Assembly: GCA_050014495.1 (NCBI GenBank)
Contig: JBEKDF010000030.1
Coordinates: forward strand, 1-33,181
Reading direction: 5' to 3'
Length of the DNA stretch: 33,181 nucleotides
DNA from: Candidatus Bathyarchaeia archaeon
GTDB taxonomy: Archaea > Thermoproteota > Bathyarchaeia > TCS64
In this document: piece after piece, positions 17,871-27,624 of the stretch
Layout of the letters: each line of letters begins with the position of its first letter
Numbering within the stretch: position 1 is the stretch's first letter
Made by a program: the position numbers and the translations under genes
Notes under the pieces: generated by a model
Database searches by the model: none
What the model saw: only the letters and a program-made list of their open reading frames with translations
Told to the model about the DNA's origin: nothing

Positions 17871-19475
17871 TCACATTCCCAAATCCTTGTAGAACTCGTT
17901 GATGTATCTCATGGCGACGGTAGGCCATATCATTTCGCGGCTGTACTCATACGCTCTCCTCTCATAACTAGCCCTCATCCCATCATCCTTTATGAAGCTG
18001 TTAACATGCTCAGCGATTGAGTGTGGATCCTTAAACTCGCATCTTAAGGCAGCTCCCTGATATATGACCTCCTCTGCGTGGAGAAAAGGAGTAGTTACTA
18101 TGGCTTTCCCCGTGCTGAGTGCGTAGAGCATTGTGCCGCTGCTTATTTGTTCCCTATTCGGATACGGAAGAATGTACGTGTCTGTTGCTTGCAGGAATCT
18201 GATGAGATCGCCCTTATTCAAGAATCGGTTAACGAATCGGACATTCTTTTCAACACCGAGAGAATTCACCAAATCGTACAAGGATTGTCGATAGGATTCA
18301 CCCTCATGTTTCCTCACGTCGGGATGTGTTTCTCCAATAATAATGTAGAGTACGCGAGGTTCAACTGGGATTATCTCCGGCAAAGCTTTGATCGCATACT
18401 CTATACCTTTTCCACTGCTTATGAGGCCAAACGTGGATAATACATACCTATCCTTAAACCCTAAACCCGTCTTCGGCGTCTTACTCTTAAGAAAAGGCAC
18501 ATTTGGGCAGCCATGTGGAATGTACCTAATCTTATCCGGTAAGGCATCATAGCGCTCCTCTAGTATCCTAGACCCAGCTCTAGCAAGAACAACGATCCTG
18601 TAACTAAGCCTGATGACCTCCTTTAGAACCCGCTCCGCATTCGTATTGGGATCTGGGAGGATTGTGTGAAGGGTGGTAATAATGGGCTTCTTCAACTTTT
18701 CCATGAACGTGAGAAGATAATCGCCCCCGTCCCCCCCAAACAATCCATATTCGTGCTGAATATTCACTGCTCTAATACCCGAGCTGTTAATCTTTGAAGC
18801 CACGGCTTTGTAGCTCTCTCGATTCTCCCTCTCTATCTGTAACTTAACTTCCCCGGAGTAATCATAGTATTCCCCCTCATCGTTGATAGCGACAACCACA
18901 GGTGGAGGAAGGACCCCTTGATGGTTAATGGAGTCAACTAGATCAGATGTGAAGGTCGCTATCCCACACTCACGAGGGGGGTAAGAGCTGATATAGGCAA
19001 TAATCGGCTTATCGGTTGCAGTATACGTTACTTCTATATCTCTTCTATTGGATCTCTCCAAGTACGTATCATGTGCAACATTAAGCAGCCTTCTCTCAGT
19101 CGTTAAACCTATCAGTTTCCCCTTTTCTAATACGCCTAGCCTTCGAATATGTTTATCTCTTAATAGATCTATAGCCTCCTTAATAGATTTATTAGACTCA
19201 ATAGATATTAATGGGGAAGACATGATTTCTTCAACACGAGTATCATCGAGGTTCTTCTCAAATTTTAGAACCCTTTCAACTATGTCTCTTTCAGTAGCTA
19301 TACCAACCGGTAACTCATTTTCGGTTATAACCACTGCGCCTACATCGTAGGCAACTAACAGGTCAATCAACCTTGAGACTGATTCATGTCGAGTAATCAT
19401 GGGTGGCTCTAAATTTGTACTACTTAAAACCGGTAAATCGAACAAGATTTTAAAATATGAATCAGAGTTAGCCAT
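17871..19475 (-). CDS. CBS-pair + glycosyltransferase family 4 fusion protein
   Basis: N-terminal tandem CBS domains (VGIATERDIV, VEEIMSSPLISI, IRRLGV). GT4 motifs SYPPRECGIATFT, IQHEYGLFGG, TFGLISSGKGIE, GETHP and QISSGTMLYALSTGKAIVTTP. Confidence 0.88.
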   Translation of the reverse strand: MANSDSYFKILFDLPVLSSTNLEPPMITRHESVSRLIDLLVAYDVGAVVITENELPVGIATERDIVERVLKFEKNLDDTRVEEIMSSPLISIESNKSIKEAIDLLRDKHIRRLGVLEKGKLIGLTTERRLLNVAHDTYLERSNRRDIEVTYTATDKPIIAYISSYPPRECGIATFTSDLVDSINHQGVLPPPVVVAINDEGEYYDYSGEVKLQIERENRESYKAVASKINSSGIRAVNIQHEYGLFGGDGGDYLLTFMEKLKKPIITTLHTILPDPNTNAERVLKEVIRLSYRIVVLARAGSRILEERYDALPDKIRYIPHGCPNVPFLKSKTPKTGLGFKDRYVLSTFGLISSGKGIEYAIKALPEIIPVEPRVLYIIIGETHPDVRKHEGESYRQSLYDLVNSLGVEKNVRFVNRFLNKGDLIRFLQATDTYILPYPNREQISSGTMLYALSTGKAIVTTPFLHAEEVIYQGAALRCEFKDPHSIAEHVNSFIKDDGMRASYERRAYEYSREMIWPTVAMRYINEFYKDLGM

Positions 19476-19740
19476 GTATAATTATAATAAATCTTTATTT
19501 ATATTTCCTAGTACTCGCGCGCACTAATGGAGTGTTTGCGCGCGTGCAATACCCGGTATTTGACCCCTCCAACCTTCTGCTCGGTTGTAATCCTGCGGAT
19601 TAAGGCGGGTGCTCGCTGAAAGCACAATTCAGGGGAACTCTGACCTCAATGGACTTATATGCAGTGTATTTTGAAAAAAAAATTATGGATATAAATAATG
19701 CTGAGAAGATTCTTTAAGACCCAACTGAATGGGATAAAAT

Positions 19741-19911
19741 ATGGTTGATTATCAATGCCCTAGCTGTAATGCTCCCATGAAAGAGTTGGAGGTAAACGGG
19801 TTTAAGCTGTGGAAGTGTGACACTGAGAATAAGTTTTTTGATGTAGATGAGGGAAAGACAACTGAGATAAACGAAAAATGGTACAGAGCTCTAGCGGGAG
19901 AAAAGTTATAG
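19741..19911 (+). CDS. 56-aa zinc-ribbon-like microprotein (not in ORF track)
   Basis: MVDYQCPSCNAPMKELEVNGFKLWKCDTENKFFDVDEGKTTEINEKWYRALAGEKL*; CPxC motif plus a later Cys; AT-rich upstream DNA with TTTAA about 28 nt before the ATG. Confidence 0.6.
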   Translation: MVDYQCPSCNAPMKELEVNGFKLWKCDTENKFFDVDEGKTTEINEKWYRALAGEKL

Positions 19912-20206
19912 AAAGAAGATAAGGATTGATTCCATTAGATCAGTAATTAGTTTTAGTTACAATCATAAATATTTCGTGCGCGCTTAGAGCAACATAGTCT
20001 GAATAGACTACCGCTCATCAAGGTGAGAATAAAAGAAATGCAGTTCAGCTGCTTTAAGACGGAGATTTAAGGGGATGTGTATGATTCAAGAAATATCATT
20101 CATCCCGCAGAGGATTCCATTCATTAAATAGAATCACCCCCCGGAGCATGCGCACGTGCATTACTACTATCATCTCTATATCCTGCCAAATTCATCGCGC
20201 GAGCGA

Positions 20207-21139
20207 CTAAACCGCATAGGGGTCAAGACCCCTTCTCATCCTCGCAATTGCCCTTGATGAAAATATTCTAAGCACGGTGTACGCAGTCAAAAACACTATC
20301 AGGATTCCTGCAGCAAAGTAGGGCAAATTGTTTGCAAATGTTCCAAATGACCCCGGGTTAAGATAGGCTCCAAGCACAACCCCGGACACCATTAAGGATA
20401 TCGAGATTAGGAACGATAGCTTCCATAATGTCGACTCAGACTGAGAAGCTTTCTTCTTCTCCATGTGCCTCTTGTATTCACCTACACCAAAAACCAGGGA
20501 AGTGCCTAAAACTCCGACAAACAAAGGAACAATAAAGTTGAAGCTAATTGGGGGTTGATAAAAATCTATGAATGTCCTTACTCCGAGCACGGTTAGGATA
20601 TTCATGAACAGGAGAATTGCCGCTGATCCAAAGAAAATGCCGGTATCCAGGATGCCGCCTGAGTAAAATGGTCCATATATCCTTCGCCAAGGCCTAACGG
20701 TGTAATCCGCCATATCCTCAGCGGTTTTTCTGGTGAGCTCAACTGGGTCGTTTTGATACATGTATACCCTAGTTTTGATATCGAATGCAATTTTCTTGCC
20801 ATCGTGATCGTATCTGGCCTTCTTCACCAGCCTTGAGAAGGGATAAAGCCACTCCACTCCACGGTCCTTTGCGGTGTTGAGGCCATCAAGTAGAATATGA
20901 GTGAAGGCACCTACCGCGATGTAAGGGTTAATAAGATAAATGATTCCAATGAAAACGAAGTTGTGGCATAGCGCGCGGTGGAGTTGGTGTTCACGGAAGT
21001 AATCTTTGCTGAAGAAGCCGTACTCCCTATCGATGTCGGGGAGAACTGATCCGATGGCAACAAGCCAAATGATGTCCCACCGCCCAAAGAAGAGAGTTCC
21101 GATTAGCGCGCCAAATATGAAGTGAGTGGGGAGATTCAT
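20207..21139 (-). CDS. Membrane metal-dependent hydrolase (YdjM/DUF457-like) with extra TM helices
   Basis: Motifs TH..G, LPDID, HRALCHN, THILLD and GVEWLYPF; hydrophobic C-terminal half. Confidence 0.8.
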   Translation of the reverse strand: MNLPTHFIFGALIGTLFFGRWDIIWLVAIGSVLPDIDREYGFFSKDYFREHQLHRALCHNFVFIGIIYLINPYIAVGAFTHILLDGLNTAKDRGVEWLYPFSRLVKKARYDHDGKKIAFDIKTRVYMYQNDPVELTRKTAEDMADYTVRPWRRIYGPFYSGGILDTGIFFGSAAILLFMNILTVLGVRTFIDFYQPPISFNFIVPLFVGVLGTSLVFGVGEYKRHMEKKKASQSESTLWKLSFLISISLMVSGVVLGAYLNPGSFGTFANNLPYFAAGILIVFLTAYTVLRIFSSRAIARMRRGLDPYAV

Positions 21140-21249
21140 GTAAATTCACCCATCTGCGATTCGTCAAGGAACTTAGTCAGAAAGTCCAAGGATTTGTTCA
21201 CCCTGACGCACATGCGATAACGGCTCTAAAATTGCTGCGCGTGCTAATT

Positions 21250-21384
21250 TTATTTCTTCTTGATTTTATTTTTCTCTTTTCTAATTTGCTTTTTAATCTT
21301 TTTGGCTTCCTTCTTCAATCCCTTAATTATGGATTTTCCTGTTTTCCCCGCTTTTTTCTCTGAGTTCTTTTTTCCCTTTGGCAT
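21250..21384 (-). CDS. 44-aa lysine-rich basic protein
   Basis: MPKGKKNSEKKAGKTGKSIIKGLKKEAKKIKKQIRKEKNKIKKK*; homologous to 31389-31703 in both promoter and sequence. Confidence 0.7.
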   Translation of the reverse strand: MPKGKKNSEKKAGKTGKSIIKGLKKEAKKIKKQIRKEKNKIKKK

Positions 21385-21433
21385 ATTACATCCAATTTGA
21401 TCTCGGAAGCCACAAATATAAATCCAAACCACC
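21385..21433 (-). promoter_or_regulatory. TATA-box promoter/leader shared with the 31389 gene
   Basis: GGTGGTTTGGATTTATATTTGTGGCTTCCGAGATCAAATTGGATGTAAT-ATG here, versus GGTGGTTTCGGTTTATATTCTAGGCTTTCCAGATAGAATTGGATGCATC-ATG at 31340-31388. Confidence 0.7.
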
Positions 21434-21690
21434 TTGCACGCTTTGTGAGTAAGATCTTTTTCTAATTCCAACCGTATTACTTCTTGGTTCTTCTAAGAAA
21501 GGAGTGGCTGTCTGCGGGTTGGTAAAATCGTGAGGAAGATTATGGAAAGGACAGAGTGGAAGAGTGCGTGTGTTGTAGACGCATCGATTAGAGCTTTGAA
21601 CGGAGACTCTGCGCACATAAAAGAACCATATATCTGCAGCTTTCGAATAATGTATCTCTTATATCATAACTCACACACTGGTTATGTATC

Positions 21691-22221
21691 ATGGAGATAG
21701 AAGCTAAGATTCTTGAAGTCGATCCAATAAAAACAATTGATTATCTTGAACGGATAGGTGCTGTCAAGGTTTTTGATGGAGAGATTTATACTCTTTTTTA
21801 TGATACACCCACAAACGATATCAGTAAGAGGAAAGATTTGTTACGACTGCGTCGAATGGGTAATGAGGTTATTTTAACTTATAAACGGTATATCAGTGAT
21901 GAGAAATTAAAGAGACGTGAAGAATATGAGACTAATATTGGTAACTTAGAGGAAATGGACCTGATTCTTAGATCTCTTGGTTTCCAAGTCACTGAGAAAA
22001 TGATTAAAAAAAGGGTTAGTTTTGAAACCGAAAGCGCTCGAGTAGATATCGACGTTCATTTAGGGAATTATTCATTTATTCCTCCTATACTTGAAATTGA
22101 AGCAAAAGATGAGGAGACTATAAATAAGTTGGCTAAGGGCCTCGGCTTCTCGAGTGAGGATCTTTTAGCATGGGACTTTTTCGAAGTAGCCAAATATTAT
22201 TTAGCTAAAACTCCTAAATAA
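21691..22221 (+). CDS. CYTH-domain protein (class IV adenylate cyclase/triphosphatase-like)
   Basis: Motifs N-terminal EIEAK (ExExK), LRLR, LTYK, REEYE, KKR and LEIE. Confidence 0.88.
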   Translation: MEIEAKILEVDPIKTIDYLERIGAVKVFDGEIYTLFYDTPTNDISKRKDLLRLRRMGNEVILTYKRYISDEKLKRREEYETNIGNLEEMDLILRSLGFQVTEKMIKKRVSFETESARVDIDVHLGNYSFIPPILEIEAKDEETINKLAKGLGFSSEDLLAWDFFEVAKYYLAKTPK

Positions 22222-22354
22222 AAGTTAAAAAATATCCTATTATAACTATCCAATTTTTCAGTGAAATTCACTTAGGGTAATGTTTTTCTGTAATACTTCC
22301 GATAGACAATTCACGTATGTGACGTGATGAAGCGACTTCGTAAGAGGTGATGCA

Positions 22355-24529
22355 ATGGTTGATGAGGCTAAGAGTAGTTATAACAATTTGGATAATAACA
22401 AGGCGGTATTCTCAGACCGTGATTTCGAAGATACTATTCTAAACTTGGATGATCCAAGATTATATATTAACAAAGAGCTTAGCTGGCTCAAGTTACATGA
22501 GAGGATTCTTGAGGAGAGCCGAGATCTTAATCATCCTCTTTTAGAACGTGTAAAATTTCTAGCAATCTGCGGGGGCAACCTCGATGAATTCTTTATGGTT
22601 CGAGTTTCCGCACTAAACAAACAGGTCCTGAAGGGCTCAATTAAAGTGACCATTGATGGTAAGACCTCCCAGCAACAACTTGAAGTTATTCACCAAGAGG
22701 TTTTACCGATCCTCCGGCTCCACGAAGAGGTTTGGAATCACGAACTCCTACCAGAACTCTCGGAGGAGGGAATCCATATTACGAGAGTTGCTGATCTAAA
22801 CGAGAGTCAAAAAATCGCAGTAAGAAAGTATTTTGAGCTTCAAATTTTCCCAACTTTGACTCCTATGGCGATGGATATCTCACATCCATTCCCCTTCATA
22901 AGTAACTTGAGTCTGAACTTGGCAGTAATTTTAAGTGACAAGGAAAAACGTGAGAGGTTAGCGAGAGTCAAAGTGCCAACTGAAATCTTTCCGCGGTTTC
23001 AACATTTACTACTCGAAGAATACGAGGAAGACTTAGATAGATGTGCAGATGATGGTATCACATTACTTTTTCTAGAGGATATCATCGCTTCAAATTTAGA
23101 TCGGTTATTCCCTGGTATGGATATTGTTTCAGTATACCCCTTTAGAGTGACACGTGACGCAGAAGTTGAAATGAGTCTAGACCAGGTTAGTGACCTTCTG
23201 ACTGCTATCGAAGAGAGTATCAAAACACGCCGCTCAGGTAAATGTGTACGTCTAGAAGTCAATAAATCGATGCCGAATTCGCTTAGAAAAGTTTTAATGA
23301 AGAACTTAGAGCTGACACCCGATGCAGTCTTCTCATTCGACGGACCGCTTGGATTCATTGACTTTTGGCAATTATTAAAGATCGATCGCCCAGACCTGAA
23401 GGATGAGCCGTTTCTTCCCTACACACCAAGTGAACTAAGTGAGGGAAGTGATTATTTCAAAGCTATATCAAAGCGAGATTATATTTTGTACCACCCTTAC
23501 GATAGCTTTGATGTAGTGATCAATCTTCTGAAACAAGCCGCTGTCGATCCGGATGTATTGGCAATTAAAATTACCCTTTACAGGATAGATAAGAAGAGTC
23601 CCATCATTGATGCTCTACTTCAAGCAACGCAACATAAGAAGAACGTTACAGCCATCGTCGAATTAAAGGCCAAGTTTGATGAGGAGAATAACATCAATTG
23701 GGGTAAGCGGTTAGAACATGCGGGTGTCCATGTAGCCTACGGTTTCCCAGAACTCAAGGTTCATGCAAAATTATGTCTTATAATCAGAAAAGAGGGGGAG
23801 AGAATAGTCAGGTATAGTCACTTAAGCTCTGGGAATTACAATTCAGTTACCTCTCGAATCTATGGGGACATCGGGTACCTGACAGCTAATCAAGAGATTG
23901 GCGCAGAGGTCAACGATCTATTCAATTATCTCACCGGCTATAGCGAGAAAGATGATTATCGTTACCTTCTAGTGGGGCCGCAGACGCTTAAGAAAGAGAT
24001 TATCAGTCGAATAAATAGGGAGATTGAGAAGCATAAAAAAGAGGGAAAAGGATACATCGCAATAAAAGCAAACAATCTTGAAGAAAAGGACATCATCAAG
24101 ACTCTTTATCAGGCAAGTCAAGCGGGAGTTAGAGTAGACCTGAATATCCGCGCCTTGTGCAGTCTCCGCCCCGGGATTAAGGGCGTCAGCGATAAAATAA
24201 GAGTGACTAGCATCATAGGGCGATTTCTTGAACATTCAAGAATCTTTTACTTCAGAAATGGGGGGGAGGACGATGTGCTGCTTGGAAGCAGCGACCTCAT
24301 GCATAGAAACCTCGAGAAGCGAGTCGAGGTGCTCTTTCCCGTCCCAGATCCACTGTTACGCAAACTCATAATAGAGAAAATATTGAATATTCACTTAAAT
24401 GACACAGTTAAAATGAGGGAGCTGATGAGTGATGGCTCCTGGAAACATGCGAAACCGATCGAAGGTAAAGAACCGATTAATTCACAGCAGTGGCTAATCG
24501 ACCATAAGGGAGATTGGCATTGTGCTTGA
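22355..24529 (+). CDS. ppk1: Polyphosphate kinase 1
   Basis: Motifs NKELSWL, PLLERVKFLAI...NLDEFFMVRV, HPFPFISN, HPYDSF, AIKITLYR, ELKAKFDEENNI, KVHAK, GRFLEHSR and GSSDLMHRNLEKRVE. Confidence 0.96.
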   Translation: MVDEAKSSYNNLDNNKAVFSDRDFEDTILNLDDPRLYINKELSWLKLHERILEESRDLNHPLLERVKFLAICGGNLDEFFMVRVSALNKQVLKGSIKVTIDGKTSQQQLEVIHQEVLPILRLHEEVWNHELLPELSEEGIHITRVADLNESQKIAVRKYFELQIFPTLTPMAMDISHPFPFISNLSLNLAVILSDKEKRERLARVKVPTEIFPRFQHLLLEEYEEDLDRCADDGITLLFLEDIIASNLDRLFPGMDIVSVYPFRVTRDAEVEMSLDQVSDLLTAIEESIKTRRSGKCVRLEVNKSMPNSLRKVLMKNLELTPDAVFSFDGPLGFIDFWQLLKIDRPDLKDEPFLPYTPSELSEGSDYFKAISKRDYILYHPYDSFDVVINLLKQAAVDPDVLAIKITLYRIDKKSPIIDALLQATQHKKNVTAIVELKAKFDEENNINWGKRLEHAGVHVAYGFPELKVHAKLCLIIRKEGERIVRYSHLSSGNYNSVTSRIYGDIGYLTANQEIGAEVNDLFNYLTGYSEKDDYRYLLVGPQTLKKEIISRINREIEKHKKEGKGYIAIKANNLEEKDIIKTLYQASQAGVRVDLNIRALCSLRPGIKGVSDKIRVTSIIGRFLEHSRIFYFRNGGEDDVLLGSSDLMHRNLEKRVEVLFPVPDPLLRKLIIEKILNIHLNDTVKMRELMSDGSWKHAKPIEGKEPINSQQWLIDHKGDWHCA

Positions 24530-26051
24530 GAATAATGAGTCTCTCTGCGCACAGGGAATGAGACAAATAGATGGCCTACTAAACATCCTTGAATACAATC
24601 TTAACAACGCAAAGACTGGTGAAGACATTGAAGATGTTCATCAAAGTAGGGTCACCAGCAGAAGACTGCGTGCGGCCCTTCAAGTGTATAATCCCTGCTT
24701 CGAGAAAGACATTGTTAAACGGTGGAGAGAAGAAGTAAAGAAAATTACAATAAACCTAGGTGAAATTCGAGATATAGACGTACAAATAGGTTACCTCGAA
24801 ACTTTAACCAAGAACTCTGATACCCGCCCAGGAGTCACGCTTCTCTTAGAAAGACACAGGTCTAAGCGTTTAAAACTCCAGTACAAGGTCGAGTCAACAA
24901 TTAGAGACTTCGAAAACTCGGGTATAATGGGGGAAATTAGAGATTACCTGATCAATGTTCACGAGGAGCAGGAGGCATCCATTAAACCTGATACCCCTAC
25001 ACTAAACTTCGTTAGAGAAAACCTCCAGCTTAGATTCTCAGAACTCTTTTCTCTCGAGAAATACATCCATAGGGAAGACGCTGTAAAACGTCACCATCAA
25101 CTCAGAATTGCAGCCAAGAGACTCAGATATGCCCTTGAATTATACCAGGAGCCATACAGGGATAAGATAAAGCCGATGATTGAGACAGTCAAGGGATTCC
25201 AGGATCTGCTCGGCGAGATCCACGACGGAGATATTTGGATCGAATACATCCCCAAAATTACGAGTAAATTATCTCACAAACTACCACGAGGAAAAAGAGG
25301 TTCCACCGTAAAGGATTTGGACCGATTACATAGCCAAATTATCGATAGACGCCACAATTTATATTTGGAATTCTATTCTAGTTGGACTAAGGAAAAGAAT
25401 AATGGCTTCTTTGAGTCTCTTCGAGGCCTCATAATGGGAATACCAGATACTGGAGTAATAACTGAACACAGTAAGACCTTAACATTAGTAAAACAAGTAG
25501 AAGAGAAGTACGACCCTGACCCAAACCACTCTTCTCAGGTAACAAATCTCGCTCTGAGTCTCTTTGATGAATTATCTTGGCTCCACGATCTGAATACCCG
25601 AGACAGGGAATTATTGGAGTACGCCGCGATGCTCCATGATATCGGATGGTTCATCAACGGAGAAGTTCATAGTATTCACTCCATGGATATGATCCTATCT
25701 GACATGGATCTTCCATTCGACAGTTCTACACGCCTAATGGTCGCAAATATCGCCAGGTATCACAATAAGGGTACGCCGAATATTGCTGATGAAAAATATG
25801 CGCTCCTAATGCCAGAAGAGGCATGTAGGGTAAGCAAACTTTCAGCGATACTCAGGGTCGCTGATGGGCTCGATGCCAATCACAGCAGGGTAGTCAAAAG
25901 CCTGAAAGCAAGAGACGACGAGAACTCCATTATACTGGAGTGCTTAACGGACAGCGACTACAGAATGGAAGAGGATGCCATACGCAAGAAGAGGAAACTA
26001 TTCAAGAAGGTCTTCGGGAAACCACTCAGGATAGAGTGGAAGACGGCATAG
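24522..26051 (+). CDS. CHAD-domain protein fused to a Ppx/GppA-type HD domain
   Basis: Two CHAD repeats (VHQSRVTSRRLRA...LGEIRDIDV; HQLRIAAKRLRYALE...QDLLGEIHDGD) followed by HD motifs HSSQVTNLALSLFD, LHDIG, ARYH and LRVADGLD. Confidence 0.88.
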   Translation: MLENNESLCAQGMRQIDGLLNILEYNLNNAKTGEDIEDVHQSRVTSRRLRAALQVYNPCFEKDIVKRWREEVKKITINLGEIRDIDVQIGYLETLTKNSDTRPGVTLLLERHRSKRLKLQYKVESTIRDFENSGIMGEIRDYLINVHEEQEASIKPDTPTLNFVRENLQLRFSELFSLEKYIHREDAVKRHHQLRIAAKRLRYALELYQEPYRDKIKPMIETVKGFQDLLGEIHDGDIWIEYIPKITSKLSHKLPRGKRGSTVKDLDRLHSQIIDRRHNLYLEFYSSWTKEKNNGFFESLRGLIMGIPDTGVITEHSKTLTLVKQVEEKYDPDPNHSSQVTNLALSLFDELSWLHDLNTRDRELLEYAAMLHDIGWFINGEVHSIHSMDMILSDMDLPFDSSTRLMVANIARYHNKGTPNIADEKYALLMPEEACRVSKLSAILRVADGLDANHSRVVKSLKARDDENSIILECLTDSDYRMEEDAIRKKRKLFKKVFGKPLRIEWKTA

Positions 26052-27598
26052 CCAAGGGTGTCGTCGCCTTCATCGATATAGGGTCGAATTCCGTTAGGCT
26101 ATTGGTTGTCCATATTCGTGGCGGCGGATTCACGGTACTACGCGAAGAGAAGGAGACGATTCGTCTCGGCGATCGAGTGTTCTTAGAAGGGTTCCTCAAC
26201 GACCAAGCAATCGAACGTTGTGTTAACACACTAAAAAAGTTCATAAAAATCTCGAAGGGATTCAACGTCGAATCGATCGTGGCAGTAGCCACGTCAGCGC
26301 TTCGAGATGCCAGCAATCAGAAGAAATTCATAAGAACAATCAAGAACAAAGTCGGTTTGGATGTGAATGTCGTCTCCGGAAAGGAGGAGGCGAGATTAAT
26401 CTACCTCGGTGTATCAAGTGACGTAAATTTAGGATCCAAAAACGCGCTCTTTATAGATGTAGGCGGAGGTAGCACTGAGCTAATAATAGGTAACCAATAT
26501 GGACACAGTGTCATAAGTAGCCTGAACGCGGGCGCAATAAGGTTAACGAGTCTTTTCCAGAAACGTCCCTGGGATAAGGAAATAGAAAACGACACCTATC
26601 AGAATATGTGCAGTTACGTCAGAGCAGAACTTATGAAATCGGAGTTAAGGCATCGACGTAAGATATCGAACTCATTTGGTAGCTCCGGCACCATCATCAA
26701 TTTGGCCGAAATGACTAAAGGGAATAAGCAAAACGAGGCTTTATCGCTAAAAGTGAAGGATCTGAAGAAATTAACCGATGTACTTCGTGCTCTTCCACTA
26801 GATGAGCGAAAAAAATATCCTGGTATAAACCCGGATAGAGCAGATATCATTGTCGGAGGCGCAGCAATTCTTGAGACCGTTATGGATGAACTTCATGTCC
26901 AAGAGATCAAAGTGAGCAAGAGGGGCATAAATTACGGTCTCCTCGTCGACTATATGTCGAAGATACATGGAGGCGCCACATCTAAGCATGTGGTGAGGGA
27001 GCAGAGTATTCAGGACATGGCCAATACCTACCATGCAAACAACGCCCATAGCCAGAACGTGACACGTTTATCTCGAGAACTATTTGATAGCTCACGGAAA
27101 TCCGGTATTAACAAGCTTGGCGAGCAGGAGAAGAAACTTTTAAAATATTCCTCACTTCTCCACGATGTTGGTAACGCAATAGCATATAGGGATCATAACC
27201 TTCACGGAGAGTATATAATTAAGAACTCCGAGTTGCTCGGCTTCGACCAGTCGGAGATTAGTGTTATCGCGTCCAATGTTAGATTTCATATGAAACGGCT
27301 ACCCACACGAAAAGATCTTAATGAGACTGGATTATCAAAAAACAATCGCAAAGTTGTCAAGATTTTATCAGCTTTCTTAAGAATGGCTGAGTACTTGGAT
27401 CGCAGCCACCTAGGTCACGTGAAAAGAGCTGAGATTGTTGCTGGCGATGGAGGAAAGGCAAGTCTTCTACTCTACGCCGATGAAGATATTGAAGTTGAAC
27501 TTTGGGGACTGAAATTTATACAGACTTGCTTTTTATCAGTATTCGGTATGAAGTTAAAAGTAGATGTTCTACCAACTCAACTTATTGATAGTAATTAG
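26036..27598 (+). CDS. ppx: Exopolyphosphatase Ppx/GppA with C-terminal HD domain
   Basis: Motifs IDIGSNSVRL, ATSALRDA, SGKEEARLIY, DVGGGSTE, RADIIVGG and LLHDVG. The start is uncertain; GTG 26036 is preferred over 25940. Confidence 0.92.
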   Translation: MEDGIAKGVVAFIDIGSNSVRLLVVHIRGGGFTVLREEKETIRLGDRVFLEGFLNDQAIERCVNTLKKFIKISKGFNVESIVAVATSALRDASNQKKFIRTIKNKVGLDVNVVSGKEEARLIYLGVSSDVNLGSKNALFIDVGGGSTELIIGNQYGHSVISSLNAGAIRLTSLFQKRPWDKEIENDTYQNMCSYVRAELMKSELRHRRKISNSFGSSGTIINLAEMTKGNKQNEALSLKVKDLKKLTDVLRALPLDERKKYPGINPDRADIIVGGAAILETVMDELHVQEIKVSKRGINYGLLVDYMSKIHGGATSKHVVREQSIQDMANTYHANNAHSQNVTRLSRELFDSSRKSGINKLGEQEKKLLKYSSLLHDVGNAIAYRDHNLHGEYIIKNSELLGFDQSEISVIASNVRFHMKRLPTRKDLNETGLSKNNRKVVKILSAFLRMAEYLDRSHLGHVKRAEIVAGDGGKASLLLYADEDIEVELWGLKFIQTCFLSVFGMKLKVDVLPTQLIDSN

Positions 27599-27624
27599 TA
27601 TAAATCGCGGAGTATAATTGAAAC

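Noticed and set aside
17613..18020. 135-aa + strand ORF
   Set aside because: It is antisense to the GT4 end, the partner relic and the GH130 start, with no independent support.
19549..19660. Possible gene fragment or structured RNA next to tract 19537-19548
   Set aside because: Short minus-strand frames exist (e.g. IVLSASTRLNPQDYNRAEGWRGQIPGIAR), but I could not recognise a family, a tRNA fold or a riboswitch.
19984..20145. Possible CBS-like fragment (LEQHSLNRLPLI) and IS605-end-like TTCATCCC
   Set aside because: The matches are too short and the hairpin is incomplete.
20971..20977. GCGCGCG inside the YdjM-like gene
   Set aside because: It encodes part of the conserved HRAL motif, so it is a chance coding occurrence.
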